DNA of 64,000 nt from contig NC_059428.1 in assembly GCF_021028975.2 (NCBI RefSeq), forward strand, positions 150,536,001-150,600,000, written 5' to 3'. Both the position numbers and the translations under genes were made by a program. This DNA is from Sphaerodactylus townsendi (taxonomy: Eukaryota). The notes beneath the pieces are model-generated. The model saw only the letters and a list, made by a program, of their open reading frames with translations, ran no database searches and was not told where the DNA came from. This document shows positions 25,480-37,489 of this stretch, in pieces (the first letter of the stretch is position 1; the number at the start of each line of letters is the position of its first letter).

Positions 25480-27504
25480 CTTCAACGTATGCTGCTGCAA
25501 ACGAAGAGCATTTGCAGGGCACGTGGGATGAGGTTTTGCAAATCGCCTCCCACACCAGCCCCATTTTCCTTGCTTCACATCTGCTGAAGTCACACACACA
25601 CCCCACACACACATGCACAATTAGAGGCTTAAGAACACTGCACATTGCTATATCACAGCAATTGTTGGTTTCCTCTCTTTTTAGAAGTCCCCAAAGTCTT
25701 CTGGTGGTGTGGCGGGTATGCAGGGAAAACCCATGTGGACATTTAGTTACCACTGCAAATGTGTCTGCATTCAAAGAAGCAATGAATTCCAGCTGTGCCA
25801 TTTATTCTCTAGAAGAAGACAGATATTCATGCAACCTTTTTTAAAAAAAACCTACAGAATAACAAACTTTACATCACAATGCTATTCAGCACTATGTTCT
25901 GAACAGTGAAAAATAAAAATCTTGGCTCATACACAGTTAGATCTTGGCACATACACAGACTTGACAGGCTTATTACTAAATATGTAACTACTAAGAAGAC
26001 CACACAAACATGACTATATAAAATTCCTGAGCCACAGTTTGGCCATCTCTCCTGTATGTTCAGCACACTGCAAATATCACTTAGCCTAGTAATTGTTCTA
26101 GCTCCTTCATTATATGTTTCTTCTGATTAGTTTAATTAGCTGGCGGAAGTATCTTTAAAGTGAATAAAACATCTGACTAATCTTGGAAATCAGCTTTTAA
26201 AAATATAAAATCAGATTATACATTCCCCGGAGTCACGTTTGGAAGGGTTTTATAACACAATCATTGAATCTTCAAGAAAAGAAGGATTTTAATCTTTCAT
26301 TTCAACTGGAGCAGAAGAAAAGCCTTCACGTGTGTGTCATTTTTATACACAAACAGAATAACAAACTGAATTTTGCGCCATGAGACCTCTGAGGGGTATA
26401 TCAGGAACGCCGCTTCACATGCAGACATCTAAGCCCCGTTTAGCTGAAGCAAGCCGCTAGTGGTTTATGTTGTTAGCTTGCTCCTGAACATCTGTGGGCA
26501 TTGTGCTACTGGTTCACCATAGCTGGTTTGGTTGCAGCTGGATTTTTCCTAGTGTACACCTGACAATCCAGTTGCAAATGGTTGCTGTAACCCAACAACC
26601 AACACTGAGCCACTCCAGTGTCAGAGAACATCCTGCCTAAAAGGACTTGCTATGAGAGACAAAAAAGCACAATATTTTGCAAAATCCCCAGGAAAACTTT
26701 GCCCTGAGCATTAACTAGTCGCTGATTCCCCACACCACACCACCACCACCCGCAAATTGATAGTTTTGCTTTCCCCGTGAGAGTGGGGTCATTTTGTAGG
26801 CAGAAGAGGAAAAAAGGAATGTTCGTTGTCTGGATGCCAGAAGGGCACTTAAAGTTTTTTTGCAGATCTGAGCAAGTAATTTAGGAAAATGGACAATTTG
26901 CTTGGAGCAGAACAGCTTGGAAGAATCCAGCTTCTTTAGAAAGTCAGAAGATGGATAATACATCACTGTATGACTCAGAGTACAATGAAAACCATGAAAA
27001 TGGGGGTTTGGGGGGGTTGGCTCTGGAACATAAATGATCAATTTGTCACAACAGAGCTGCTTAGGTATCTGAAGTCAAAACTTGGACGGTGCAAAAACCT
27101 CTAGGTCAGGATACAGTCACTGAACTTTTAACAAAATAGAAATAAGAAAAATCCAAATAACAGCTTTGATTAAACTATGTTCCTGAACCTAGAGGCATTC
27201 TCTTCAATAGTGGGATGTATTCCATGCCTAAAATCCTGAATATGCGTGGAAAGCATAGCGGGTTTTGTGGTTATCAAAAACCATGGGATTTCTGGTAATG
27301 TTCTTGAATATCTATTTTTATTTAAAGTTGAAATGTCCATGAAAGACAAACTACACTCTAATTTGGAACCTATATATACTAAGGTGACCAGATTTTAACA
27401 TTGGTAAAGTGGGACACCATTGACCGATTGGGGGGGGGGGGGGGCGTTCTTGATAAAAAATTTGGTCTATATGGAGCAAATATAGGGTTGCCATAAACTT
27501 GAAG

Positions 27505-27682
27505 ACACTTGGCTGCACGTAATGCACACAAAGATCAAATCAAACCTGAATCCTTTCTAGCAGCTAAAAATGACCAAGCTGAAGCTATTGACTTTGGCCA
27601 TATCATGAAAAGACGAGACTCAGTGGAAAAGACAATAATACTAGGAAAGGCAAAAGGCAACAGGAAAAGAAGACCCAGCATG
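27505..27682 (+). mobile_element. RTE/BovB-clade LINE fragment (C-terminal region)
   Basis: Translates QIKPESFL..FGHIMKRRDSVEKTIILGKAKGNRKRRPSM, typical of the RTE C-terminus. Confidence 0.75.
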
Positions 27683-27957
27683 AAGAAGAGAAGAAGAAGA
27701 AGTGTTTGGATTTATATCCCCCCTTTCTCTCCTATAGGAGATTCAAAGGGGCTTACAATCTCCTTGCCCTTCCTACCCCCCACAACAAACACCCTGTGAT
27801 GTAGGTGGGGCTGAGAGAGCTCAGAAGAGCTGTGACTAGCCCAAGGTCACCCAGCTGGCGTGTGTGGGAGTGCCCAGGCTAATCTGAATTCCCCAGATAA
27901 GCCTCCACAACTCAAGCGGCAGAGCTGGGAATCAAACCTGGTTCCTCCAGATCAGAG
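27683..27957 (-). mobile_element. Squam3-type SINE, head truncated
   Basis: Reverse copy ending abruptly within the tRNA region. Confidence 0.88.
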
Positions 27958-28695
27958 TGGTTGCAGCTTGGTGAGATGAATTAACTCTAAAAAGGAAGCC
28001 AGGATCTCCTTCTCTTCCCTCCACCTTCTCTCAAAGAAGGAGGAAACAGCGCCAGCGACATGCCTGGTGCACTGGAGCCTGGCTAGGCAGGAGCCCCAAG
28101 CAGCAGCCCCCTTAGCCTCAACCTCTTCCTTGTGCTTGAGGCAGCTGCCCACCTCCCTTGAGCCTTGTCGGAAAGACAGGAATAGGAAAACCATGGACTA
28201 TATTCCAGGAAGGGATTCTGTTTTGAGCATCACCACAGATCTAGTTAAGTGAAAAGATTGGTGAGATTATTTCACAATCCAAACAAAGCACTGCTTTATA
28301 CGCTAAAGGTGCTTTTGTAGTGATGAACAAAATACTGATATTACACCAAGCCTGCAAGGTCCAAGAATAGGGGTCCATGTGACATTTCTGGCCAAAATGA
28401 GACCTTCTATCACCACCCACCCCTCTTCATTACACCACCACCTTGCCTCAGCCTATTTCTGGCCTTAACATCTCAACAAGATGGAGGCTCTTCCCTTGCT
28501 CATTGGACATTCCCTTTCTGTTTCCCACTCTGACTTGTGGGAAACCCAGCAGCCTTTTCGCCATGGAATCAGACATAAACAAGTGTGTGTGTGTGTGTGT
28601 GTGGGTGGGGGGGGGGGATATCTAACAAGGCCAGAAGGGCCATGGAAATGAAAGGGGGAGGGAAGATAGAGGCGAGAAATAAAGAGAGGTAGGTA

Positions 28696-28796
28696 CAGTG
28701 GTAGGATTCAAATAATTTAACAACTGGTTGTTTACAAGCACAATTTTAACAACTGGTTCTGCTAAAGTGGTGTGAACCTGCTGAATCCCATCACTG
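28696..28796. mobile_element. Small hAT-like MITE
   Basis: TIR cagtggtaggattca / tgaatcccatcactg; internal duplicated tttaacaactggtt. Confidence 0.65.
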
Positions 28797-28973
28797 GTGG
28801 AACAGGTTGGGGTATGCAGGGAAAATGGGAGCTGATAAAGCAGAATTATTAAAACCCAGAGGTCCTATTACACCTTGCCCTATTACACCTCTTTGCTCTG
28901 GCTGACCTACACTCCTGCGGTCCCAGCTACATGCACTGTTGTGTGTATGCTGCAGAGAGAGGCTTGAGAGTAG

Positions 28974-29115
28974 GGCCTCTTCTACACATGCAAAATAATG
29001 CACTTTTGATCCACTATCAATGCATTTTGCAGCTGTACGGAATAGCAAAATCAACTTTCAAACAATTGTGAAAGTGGATTGAAAGTGTATTATTCTGCAA
29101 GTGTGGAAGCAGCCT
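28974..29115. mobile_element. PIF/Harbinger-like MITE
   Basis: Imperfect TIRs ggcctcttctacacatgcaaaataatgcac / gtgtattattctgcaagtgtggaagcagcc; same family as 16414 and 34808. Confidence 0.65.
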
Positions 29116-29314
29116 AGATTAAGGAGACATGGGGCTAGTGAGTGAGGGGCACATGAGTGGGTGCTAAGGGACGCATGCACAGCGCAAGCAAGGAGAGGTC
29201 AGCTAGGAGGGCTGCTGCAACTCTGAGTAGAACAGCTTTTTTGGAGTCTTTGGAACACAGCTGCAGTGAAGACCCAGCAGGGAAACTTTGCCCAATGGTT
29301 GCAGCTTGATGAAT

Positions 29315-29360
29315 TTTTATTTCAACATAAGCTTTTGTGGACTAGAGCCCACTTCTTCAG
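29315..29360 (-). mobile_element. Penelope-like terminal fragment with degenerate hammerhead core
   Basis: Minus strand CTGAAGA-agtgggc-tcta-gtccac-AAAAG...aataaa; GAAA box mutated. Confidence 0.55.
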
Positions 29361-29454
29361 GACCAATGAATGGCTCCTCTGAAAACTGCCATTTGATGTA
29401 GGAAACATGAAGAGCTAAAGCAGTGGGGTAAATGAACTAGGAAACAAAAGGTGA

Positions 29455-29880
29455 TCTGGTACACCCTAGTCTTGTCAGATCTTGAAGAAGAAGAGTTTGG
29501 ATTTATAGCTCACTGTAAGGAGACTCAAGGTGACTTACAAGCTCCTCTCCCTCCCTCTACCACAACAGACACCTTGTGAGGAAGTGGGGCTGAGAGAGTT
29601 CTGAGATAACTGTAAATAGTCCAAGGTCACCCAGCAGAGATGTAGGAGTGTGGAAACACATCTGTGGTTCACCAGATAAGCCTCTGCCACTCCCAGCAGG
29701 TGGAGGAGTGTGAATCAAACACGTTTCTCTAGATTGAAGGCCACCTGTTCTTAACCACTACAGCGCTGGCTCAGCAGGAAGCTAAGCTTGGGGGGTGTGT
29801 ACTTGGAAGGGAGACCACCAAGGAAGACTCTGCAGAGCAAGGCAAGCCACCTCTGCTTCTCACATGCCTAAAAAGCATAC
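29455..29880 (+). mobile_element. 5S rRNA-derived SINE interrupted by a Squam3 copy
   Basis: tcttgtcagatcttgaag | insertion | gaagctaagc...gtacttggaagggagacc matches the 5S internal promoter; RTE/Sauria-like tail follows. Confidence 0.65.
29484..29770 (-). mobile_element. Squam3-type SINE
   Basis: Reverse copy nested in the 5S SINE. Confidence 0.85.
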
Positions 29881-30504
29881 CAGGAATTGCTTCTCACATA
29901 CCTAAAAAGCACCTCCAGTAAAACCCACTTTAAACAGCATCACTTTCAATGGTGTTTAAACTTGGGAGCCCAGATTCTTCTTTTAAATCCTCCTTAAAAG
30001 GAGAATCACAAGTCTACTGAATAAAACAACATTGAAAGTGATAATCATTAAGAGATGGATTCTCCCTCACCCTGAAACAGCAACTGGGGACCTCAGATTC
30101 TCCCTTTAAAATCCATGCCGAAGGGGGTGGATTTAAAAGGAGAATCTGGAAGAATTTGAGGGCTATCTGCTGTCAGGGATGCAATTGTTAAGCTAGCAGC
30201 ACCAAACTTTCAGGGTATCTTTAGGAGACTCTCCTGATGATACCACCCAGGTTTGGTGAAGTTTGATTCAGGGGATCCAAAGTTATGGACCCACAAAAGG
30301 TGTAGCCTTCATCTCCTATTAGCTCTACGACCCAAAAAAATTTTTTTTTGCACCAGGTCATTTCTAAATCATAATCACATTATAGAAAAATGCCCCAACT
30401 CACAAATCTGAACACAGCAATTGGCCATGCCACACAGCAGAAATAAAATTTTAGACATTTTCAAAATGCTTTTTTACAATGTTTTTTTACTGTGAAGACA
30501 GTGC

Positions 30505-31620
30505 ATTAGAGAGTAATTTTAGAATCCTAATGGATCCTCATGGATCTGACTGGTTTTTTCATTTGGTCACCCACTTGTTGTGTTCAGACATGTGCCAAAG
30601 GGTTTGTTCTGTGATGGTGTGGTTTAGGGCAACAAAGGGAAAAAACCAGAGCAGATCCATGAGGATCCATGGTTTCAAACAGGTTTGGGCTGCTGCTATG
30701 CCGCAGTGTGGGAGGAGGGATTGTTCTGTTCAGTCAGGTGTTAAATGGCTTGTTCTGTGATGTGGTTGTGGTTTTGGGGCAACCAAGGGAAAAACCAAAG
30801 ACATGAGAGGATCCATGGTTTCAAGCAGGTTTTGGGCTACTGCTATACTTGCGCAGTGGGAGGATTGTTGTGTTCAGTCAGGTGTTAAATGGCTTTGTTC
30901 TGTGATGGTTGTGGTTTTGGGGGCAACCAAGGGGAAAAACACCAGTCAGATCCATGTTTTTCAAACAGGTTTTTGGGCCACTACAGCACCACAGAATTGG
31001 GATGCGTGATTGTTTAGGTGCTGCCTGGTCTATATAGTTTTATGGTGGTTTCATTTCATTCCAATCAAAAATTCATATGAATTCACGAGGATCTGTTTGA
31101 AATCATCTGGATCTTGCTCGTTTTTGCACTAGTGTATACGGAGCATGGGATGTGAGTGATTGTTGTGTTCAGGGGTTGTGGCTAACGGCTTGGGTTGTGA
31201 GTTGCTGGTAATTTATTGGTGATTAAGTGAGGAAATCAGGAGGATCCATGGGGATCCATGCTTTTTAAGCACATTTTTATGCCACTGCGGCGCCACGGAG
31301 CGTGAGATGTGTGATTGTTTTATGCAGACATGTGGCTAAGGGCTTGAGCTGTGATGTGGTGGTGCTTTTGGGGTGACTTAGTGCAAAAATTATGAGGATC
31401 CGGGAGAATCCATGATGATGTTTCTCAAACAGGTTTTTGTGATACTACTGTGTGTTGCCAGAGCATTGGGATGGGTGATTGTTTTTGATGCTGCCTGTCG
31501 TCTAAGGGCTGCTCTACAGTTTCATGGTGATTTCATTTCTTTCCAATGGAAAAATCATATGAATTCCATGAGGATCCATCTGGATCCGACTTTTACCTTT
31601 TTCCACCTGGAAGCTGTAGG
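30505..31620. repeat. Degenerate tandem array of ~145-165 bp units (about 7 copies, two unit types)
   Basis: Units start at (g)attgtt near 30576, 30719, 30863, 31008, 31158, 31313 and 31477; recurring gatccatgaggatcc motif; an inverted partial unit at ~30520-30572. Confidence 0.8.
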
Positions 31621-33246
31621 GGACTGAACAGAGGCTAACTCAAGGGCGATAGAAAGGCTTCACTTCCAGAAAAACAGAAGATGCATCCCAAAGGCAAAAG
31701 AAAAAGTTCCCTGTTAGTGGTGGGTGCTTTTCACAGAAAAGCTTTATTGAAATACCCCAAGAAACCAGAGGAAAGGACCCTCAGATAGTGGGGGGGGGGG
31801 GGGGGATTAGTTAAGCTTTTAAGAATGAAAGCGAGGGAAGCCTATCAAGGAGAACAGAATATCAATGTTTTTGGGAATTCCGCAAAACAAATAAAATTAT
31901 GAAATTTCTTTTTCCAAAAGCGTGTCTCACCAATGAGGGCATCCTGGAATTTCTTTTTGGCTGCTCTCCACAAACACTACGTGCTAATGCCTCCCCCCTG
32001 CACCATTTCGCTAAAGTGGGAACTGGTGATAGCTAGGCAAGAGAGTGTACACTCATGCCCAAAATGTTGCCCCAGCTTGCAGGAAACCTGACAGTCACTA
32101 TGCCAAAGCAGCCACTGGTCAATCCATTCCCAAGAGAAAGGGGACTTCTGCGATTCATTTCTCTGAGGGGTGATTGAAGGGAGCACCTGAGATCACCACT
32201 AGCAAAGACAGAGCCCCTCACATGTGCCATCCTCCCTGCCCAACCAAAAGTTTCACCCATGCTGGCCCATGTGAAATCCCGCCCACAGCTGGCTTCTTAT
32301 AAGAACCCATCATCACTGGGGAGGGGAAGCAGGTGAAAGGGAAAGAGATTGGAAAATTGACTAAAAAAAAGAAAAGCCACCGGGTCTTTCAAGGAAGACC
32401 ACCCAAAGTTCCCATTCATACTTTGGAGGAGAGAGAGCCCCTCCCAGCTGTTCCAGGAGTGCCCTTACCTGAGCAGCTGATCTGAAGGAAAGGAGTAAGC
32501 CCAGGAGCGGCTGGGACTGCGCCCGACAGGGGCTCCTGGCTCAGCTCTTTAAATCCCCCCTTCCCAGCTGGTCCAGCAAGGGCACGCGGTGGAAGGACTG
32601 CCACTACCGGAGCCGGAGGCGCTTCATCCCACACCCGAAAGCCCGGCTCCCTGTTCAGCGCTTGGGAGAAAGGAGGAGGATCTAGCTCGCACGCCTCCTG
32701 ACAGATGGACTACAGAGCAGAAGTGGGAGGTTTGAGACTGTGGTGGGGGGAGGCAAAGGGTGAGGGGAGGAGAGAGGCAGCTCAAGCAAGGAGACCCGGA
32801 GTTCCTCTCCTTCTCCCTGCCTGCCACGCGGGCCGGCTACGCGCTGGATTTTCCCTCCCTGGATCGGTTCTTCAGCGCGTGCTCGAAGTGCGCAGCCCCA
32901 GCAGAATGGCTGAGGGCACAAGTGACAAACGGAGTTTCTGTTTCGCGGGACCTGCTGCTGCGAGTCAGGAGGCAAACTCAGAGCATGTGACTCTCCACTC
33001 ACATGCCCCCCACGTGACTCGGAGCTTCGATGCATCCAGGAAGAGGAGGCAAGGAGCGCCCCAGAATGCAGTGCGGGAGCCCTTCAACAAAAATCGGGAC
33101 TTTTTAAACTCGCAGCGTGACGCGGGAGGAATTGTTGGAAATCGGGACCGTCCCACGGAAAGCGGGTCACCTGGTCACACTAATATATACTGAACTTCAT
33201 GCTCAAATGTGATACATGACGATAATGATTCCTCTGCTTTCTATAA

Positions 33247-33553
33247 CAGCCAACATGGTGTAGTGGTTAAGAGCAGGGGCACTCTAATCTGGAGAACTGG
33301 GTTTGAGCCCCTCCTCTGCGGAGGCTTATCTGGGGAACCAGATTAGCTTGTGCACTCCAACACATGCCAGCTGGGTGACCTTGGGCTAGCCACAGTTCTT
33401 CGGAGCTCTCTCAACCCCCCCCCCCCCAACTCACAGGGTGTTTGTTGTGGGGGTGGGGAAGGGAAAGGAGTTTGTAAGGCCCTTTGTGTCTCCTTACAGG
33501 AGATAAAGGGGGGATATAAATCCAAACTACTACTACTCCTCTTCCTCTTCTCT
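33247..33553 (+). mobile_element. Squam3-type SINE
   Basis: Forward copy with small internal deletion and a mixed (CTA)/(CTT) tail. Confidence 0.88.
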
Positions 33554-33599
33554 TGTGTGGTCTTTAAAGAAGCAGAAGTGCCACAATTCTTCCTTACTA

Positions 33600-33797
33600 G
33601 ATGGATGGCTCAGGTCAGCCTGATTGATCTTGGAAGCTAAGCAGTGTTGGCCCTAGTTCGCACTTGGATGGGAGACTGGCAAGGAAGAAGAGGGTTGTTG
33701 GCAGAATCAGGCCATGGGAAACTTCTGAATGCCTCTTGTCTTGAAAACCCAACGGGGTCATCATAAATCAGCAGCAACTTGGTGCTTTCCACCACCA
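33600..33797 (+). mobile_element. 5S rRNA-derived SINE with RTE/Sauria-like tail
   Basis: tgatcttggaagctaagcagtgttggccctagttcgcacttggatgggagac resembles 5S boxes A, IE and C; tail ctcttgtcttgaaaaccc...cataaatcagc. Confidence 0.75.
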
Positions 33798-34799
33798 CTG
33801 TGTGCTTGCACTATCAAAAGTCACAGGAAGTTGGGACAGGGAGGCACCCCAAAGCAAGGCACTCCATAATGCCTCACTGACTTCCAAACTGGTCACTGCA
33901 CATTACAGAAGAGGACCAGAGAAAATGCTGTTATCATCACAGGCCCCTTCATGATGTGCCCCTGATGAAGGACCAGGAGTCATCTTAGCACCGATCCAAG
34001 GCTTGTAGCCTGGGTGGAGTTCTCCATCCTAGGTAAGCAATGGGAGTATTATTTCTAAGCTCTCACCTTATAGGATATCTGTACAGAGATAAGGGAAGTT
34101 TATTCAAATATTAACTTTTAGCTGATATTAATATTAACTTTTCGCTGTGGCTTTCCGTGCAGCCTGATTATTCTGATCTCTGTGTCTTCATTCTAGGAGT
34201 GCAATTATTAGTTACTTGTTTAGAATGCAAACCACTTCCTATGACAGCCAGTGGCAAAATTCCAACTGATTTTAAACACAGGATTTTGTGTTTAGTCTTC
34301 TATACAGAAAAACACACACAAATATTTTAGTATGCTGCTTGCCCACAAGATTAGAGTAAGGCCAAATTTAGCATGCCCAACATTGTTCTGCGACAAAAAC
34401 AAAGATAACTTTTGTTTCTGCAATAACTTCATCCTAATGAATAAATGTAATTCCCTGCATCTAAAATATAAAAAAAACAAAGAAGGAAAAAGCAGAGATC
34501 ATCTTGGTTTGTAGCAAGCAATTAAAAATAAATAATAGACCCTGAAATATTCATAGCAACATATTTATTCAGAGTTTATTGTAAATTTTGATTAGCTTTC
34601 CAAGCACATTCCAAGCACATGTTCCAAGATAAATGCTTCAAGGGCTGGAAACAAGTTAATCAAACCTTAAGCAAAATAAATATGCCTTTCATTATGACCC
34701 AAGAATCTTGAGTACTATGCTTTGGCAAAACTTATCAGCCTGTACTCAAACAGGGCTTTTTTCTGTAGGGCAACCTAGGATTCTGAATGGGCTTGCCTC

Positions 34800-34933
34800 T
34801 TGTTTACTGCACATGCAGAATAATCCACTTCCAATGCACTTTGCATTTTACTGTGCAGAATAGCAAAATCCACTTGCAACCAATGGTGAAAGTGGATTAA
34901 AAGTGCCTTATTCTGCGTGTGCGGAAGGGGCCT
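34800..34933. mobile_element. PIF/Harbinger-like MITE
   Basis: gcacatgcagaataat...ttattctgcgtgtgcggaaggggcc; third family copy. Confidence 0.65.
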
Positions 34934-35177
34934 TGATGAGGCATCTGTGGTTGTGGGAAAGTCCACAGAAACCAGAAACCCCACCTTGCTAGTGCAAAAG
35001 GGCTTGAATTAAAGGCATGGACTTTGAAACACCTAACTTTTAAACGACAACAGTACTGTCAGCCCATTGTGTCATTTTGTGATGTAACAACAACATGCCC
35101 TAAACCAAACTGAGAATCGCCTGTCCACGAAGCTCTGACAATTCAAAATTAAAATCAACACTCCAAGAGCCATTTAC

Positions 35178-35337
35178 TTGTATTTGCTGGAGAAGGCAGT
35201 CACTTCGACGTCATTATGCAGCCACTTAAATTCCAAAGGCCAGCTTCCTTCTGCCAGGCATGTCAGCACGAGACGGTTCCCTTCAAGATGAATCTGGGGC
35301 AGACCCGGCTCCGTCTTGAAATAGGGTGCGACGTCAT
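35178..35337 (-). CDS. SDK1: Sidekick-1 coding exon (equivalent to human exon 2), N-terminal part of Ig domain 1
   Basis: Minus strand tttcag|ATGACGTC...TACAA|gtaaat; translates (D)[52 protein letters not shown](K). GLPQIHLEG is SDK1-like rather than SDK2-like. 160 bp. Confidence 0.97.
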
Positions 35338-36160
35338 CTGAAACAGAAGACAGGAAACAAGGTCAAAATAACGTTGCAAAAGTGATTTATTGCTTCTGAG
35401 GAGAGACCACCTAAGCACTGGGACGTGTTTGCGGTCTGCGAGGTGGCTGTGAAAGTTGGTCTTGGAATACACTGTTTGACTGAAGCTGAAAGGTTTTGCA
35501 TTTAACTGACACCATTCTCTCAAGCTCTTTCAGATAAATGGCTGGATATACAGAAATAAGAAATCAACGTTCTTGATATTCCCAGTTGCTATACACAGAT
35601 TTTCCATGTGCATACGTGCATACGTACAGCTGAACAGCTGAACAACAAGAAGACAAACATAATGACTACCAGAGAATGATTCGGCTTTAAGGTGGACAAC
35701 AAGGAAATTGAAATTGCCCAAGACTTTCTATTCTTGGCTCCACCATCAACCAAAAGGGAGACTGCAACCAAGAAATCAAAAGGTGACAGGCTAAGCTGGG
35801 GATGCCCGGAGGTGGGCAGAGTACTGAGTCCAAAGCAACTATAGAACAGTGGCAAAGGAAATAAGGTGGTCATTAATTAGAGAAAGATCAGAGAAAGAAG
35901 GTTTTGGGTTAATACGATACTGGCAGGAACTTTGTTTTTGCATGGTGGATAGTTCAGGGCTGGAGAAGGGAACGCTCTCCAATGCAGGGGCATTATCTTC
36001 TCTTAATCTTTTTAGGAAGAGTTGAGGAAGGTACTTTGCAAGTCCAGACGAGCCTTGACTGTGTCCTTGTGGGTACACTAGTCCATGCAGAGAATGGGCT
36101 CCCCATTTTGGCACAGCACTGCTAGGCACCCCAAGGGTTGGCAGGATGGATTCTTTAAAC

Positions 36161-37489
36161 CAGGGGTCGGGAACGTGCGGCTCGGGAGCCGCATGCGGCT
36201 CCCCCGCCCCTGCACAGCGGCTCCGGACACAACACAGCTGTCCGGGAGCAGGGACTCTCCCCTCCCCAGACCTCACAGAGGTCAGCCCCCGACCGCGGGC
36301 GCTCCGGCAAGTGAAAGCGCCATGGAGACGGCTGGCGGCAGCCCTCCTCCTTCTGCTAAGGTCGGCAGAAGCAGGGGAGCGGCAGGCGGCTACCGAGCCT
36401 GGCCCCAGCCAGCAAAGGAATGGGACCAGAGGGAGGACAGGGCCGCTGGCGGCGGCATGGCGTGGAGCCCATAGACTTGGCCGAATTGGCCAGGGCAGCG
36501 GGCGGCAAGGGGAGCCGCGCCCGCTCAGCGGGACGACGGCCACAGCCGTAGAGGGCACCAGCAGGCGCTGGAACTGCTGCCCGGACGGGCGAGGAGGAGG
36601 GAAGCATGAGGAGGAACCCAACGCCCAGATGGGACCGAGGTGACAGCGGCGTGGCGTGGAGGCAACAGACTTGGTCCGAATCGGCCAGGGCGGTGTAGGC
36701 GACAGGGGAAGAGGTAGCCAGCGCAGCGGGACGAAGCGACCACAGCTCCCACAGAGGGCACCAGCAGGCACTGGGACAGACGCCTGGACAGGCAAAAGGA
36801 AGGGAGGAAAGCAGGAGGAGGAACCGCGCCCAGGCGGGGCCGAGGTGGAGAGGACTTGGCAAGCTCTGGAGAGAATAAAAGGTGGAGGGCTGCTGCGGAA
36901 GAGGGCAGTGTACTGGAGTAGCGAGACAAAGAGGGGAGAAGGACATGAGGGACGGGGAGAAGAGGGAAAAAAAAAGAGCGAGGAATTAGAATGGCGGAAA
37001 ACGGAGGAGAAGGTGGTGCCAGGGAAAGTCAGAAAGAGGACAAAAGCAGGGAGGGAGCACTCAGAGGTCCTGGTGTCCCAAGCCTCACCCCAGCTCCCCA
37101 GGCAAGCTGTGGCCCCAATGGCTCCCCACAACGGGCGTACGGCTGCAGCCGCTGGAGCCATCCACTACAAAAAAGGATTCCCTCCGCATCTTCTCTCCCT
37201 CCAGTGCACGCGCCCACAAGGCTCCACCCTTTCCCCACACACCCCCACAGAAAATGTTCAAAATGTGTTCTCTATGCAAATAAAATACAATTTTCTCTAT
37301 AGCACCTCATGGACTCCACAAGCAACACACTACAACTGTCTACTCAATACAAATGTAAAGGCAAAAAAAACCATATACAGGGCTATCCTCATTTCAAATG
37401 TCAAAAAGTATCTGTGGCTCCAAGTGCCCTCCCCTCCGTGGAAAATGGGTCCAAATGGCTCCTTGGGTGATAAAGGTTCCCGACCCCTG
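36161..37489. mobile_element. 1.33 kb non-autonomous hAT-Charlie element, GC/CpG-rich
   Basis: Perfect 14-bp TIR caggggtcgggaac / gttcccgacccctg; perfect 8-bp TSD ctttaaac at 36153-36160 and 37490-37497; internal ~200 bp tandem duplication. Confidence 0.92.

Larger units (their letters stand above)
27380..33182. mobile_element. Putative 5.8 kb non-autonomous/composite hAT-like transposon
   Basis: Left end taaggtgaccagat; right end (reverse complement) tagtgtgaccaggt; identical 8-bp flanks atatatac at 27372-27379 and 33183-33190; gggac motifs near both ends; no transposase ORF. Confidence 0.6.

Noticed and set aside
30505-31620. CRISPR-like array
   Set aside because: Eukaryotic context, whole units repeat with no unique spacers, and no cas genes.
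32416-33193. Cluster of ORFs up to 162 aa that might be a transposase or captured gene
   Set aside because: No hAT or other recognisable motifs; explained by high GC in the right arm.
33600-33700. 5S rRNA gene
   Set aside because: Diverged, lacks an intact 5' end and terminator, and is fused to a LINE-like tail, so it is a SINE.
16908-35337. Assignment to SDK2 or DSCAM
   Set aside because: Residues [18 protein letters not shown] and GHKIIPS match SDK1 as I recall it.
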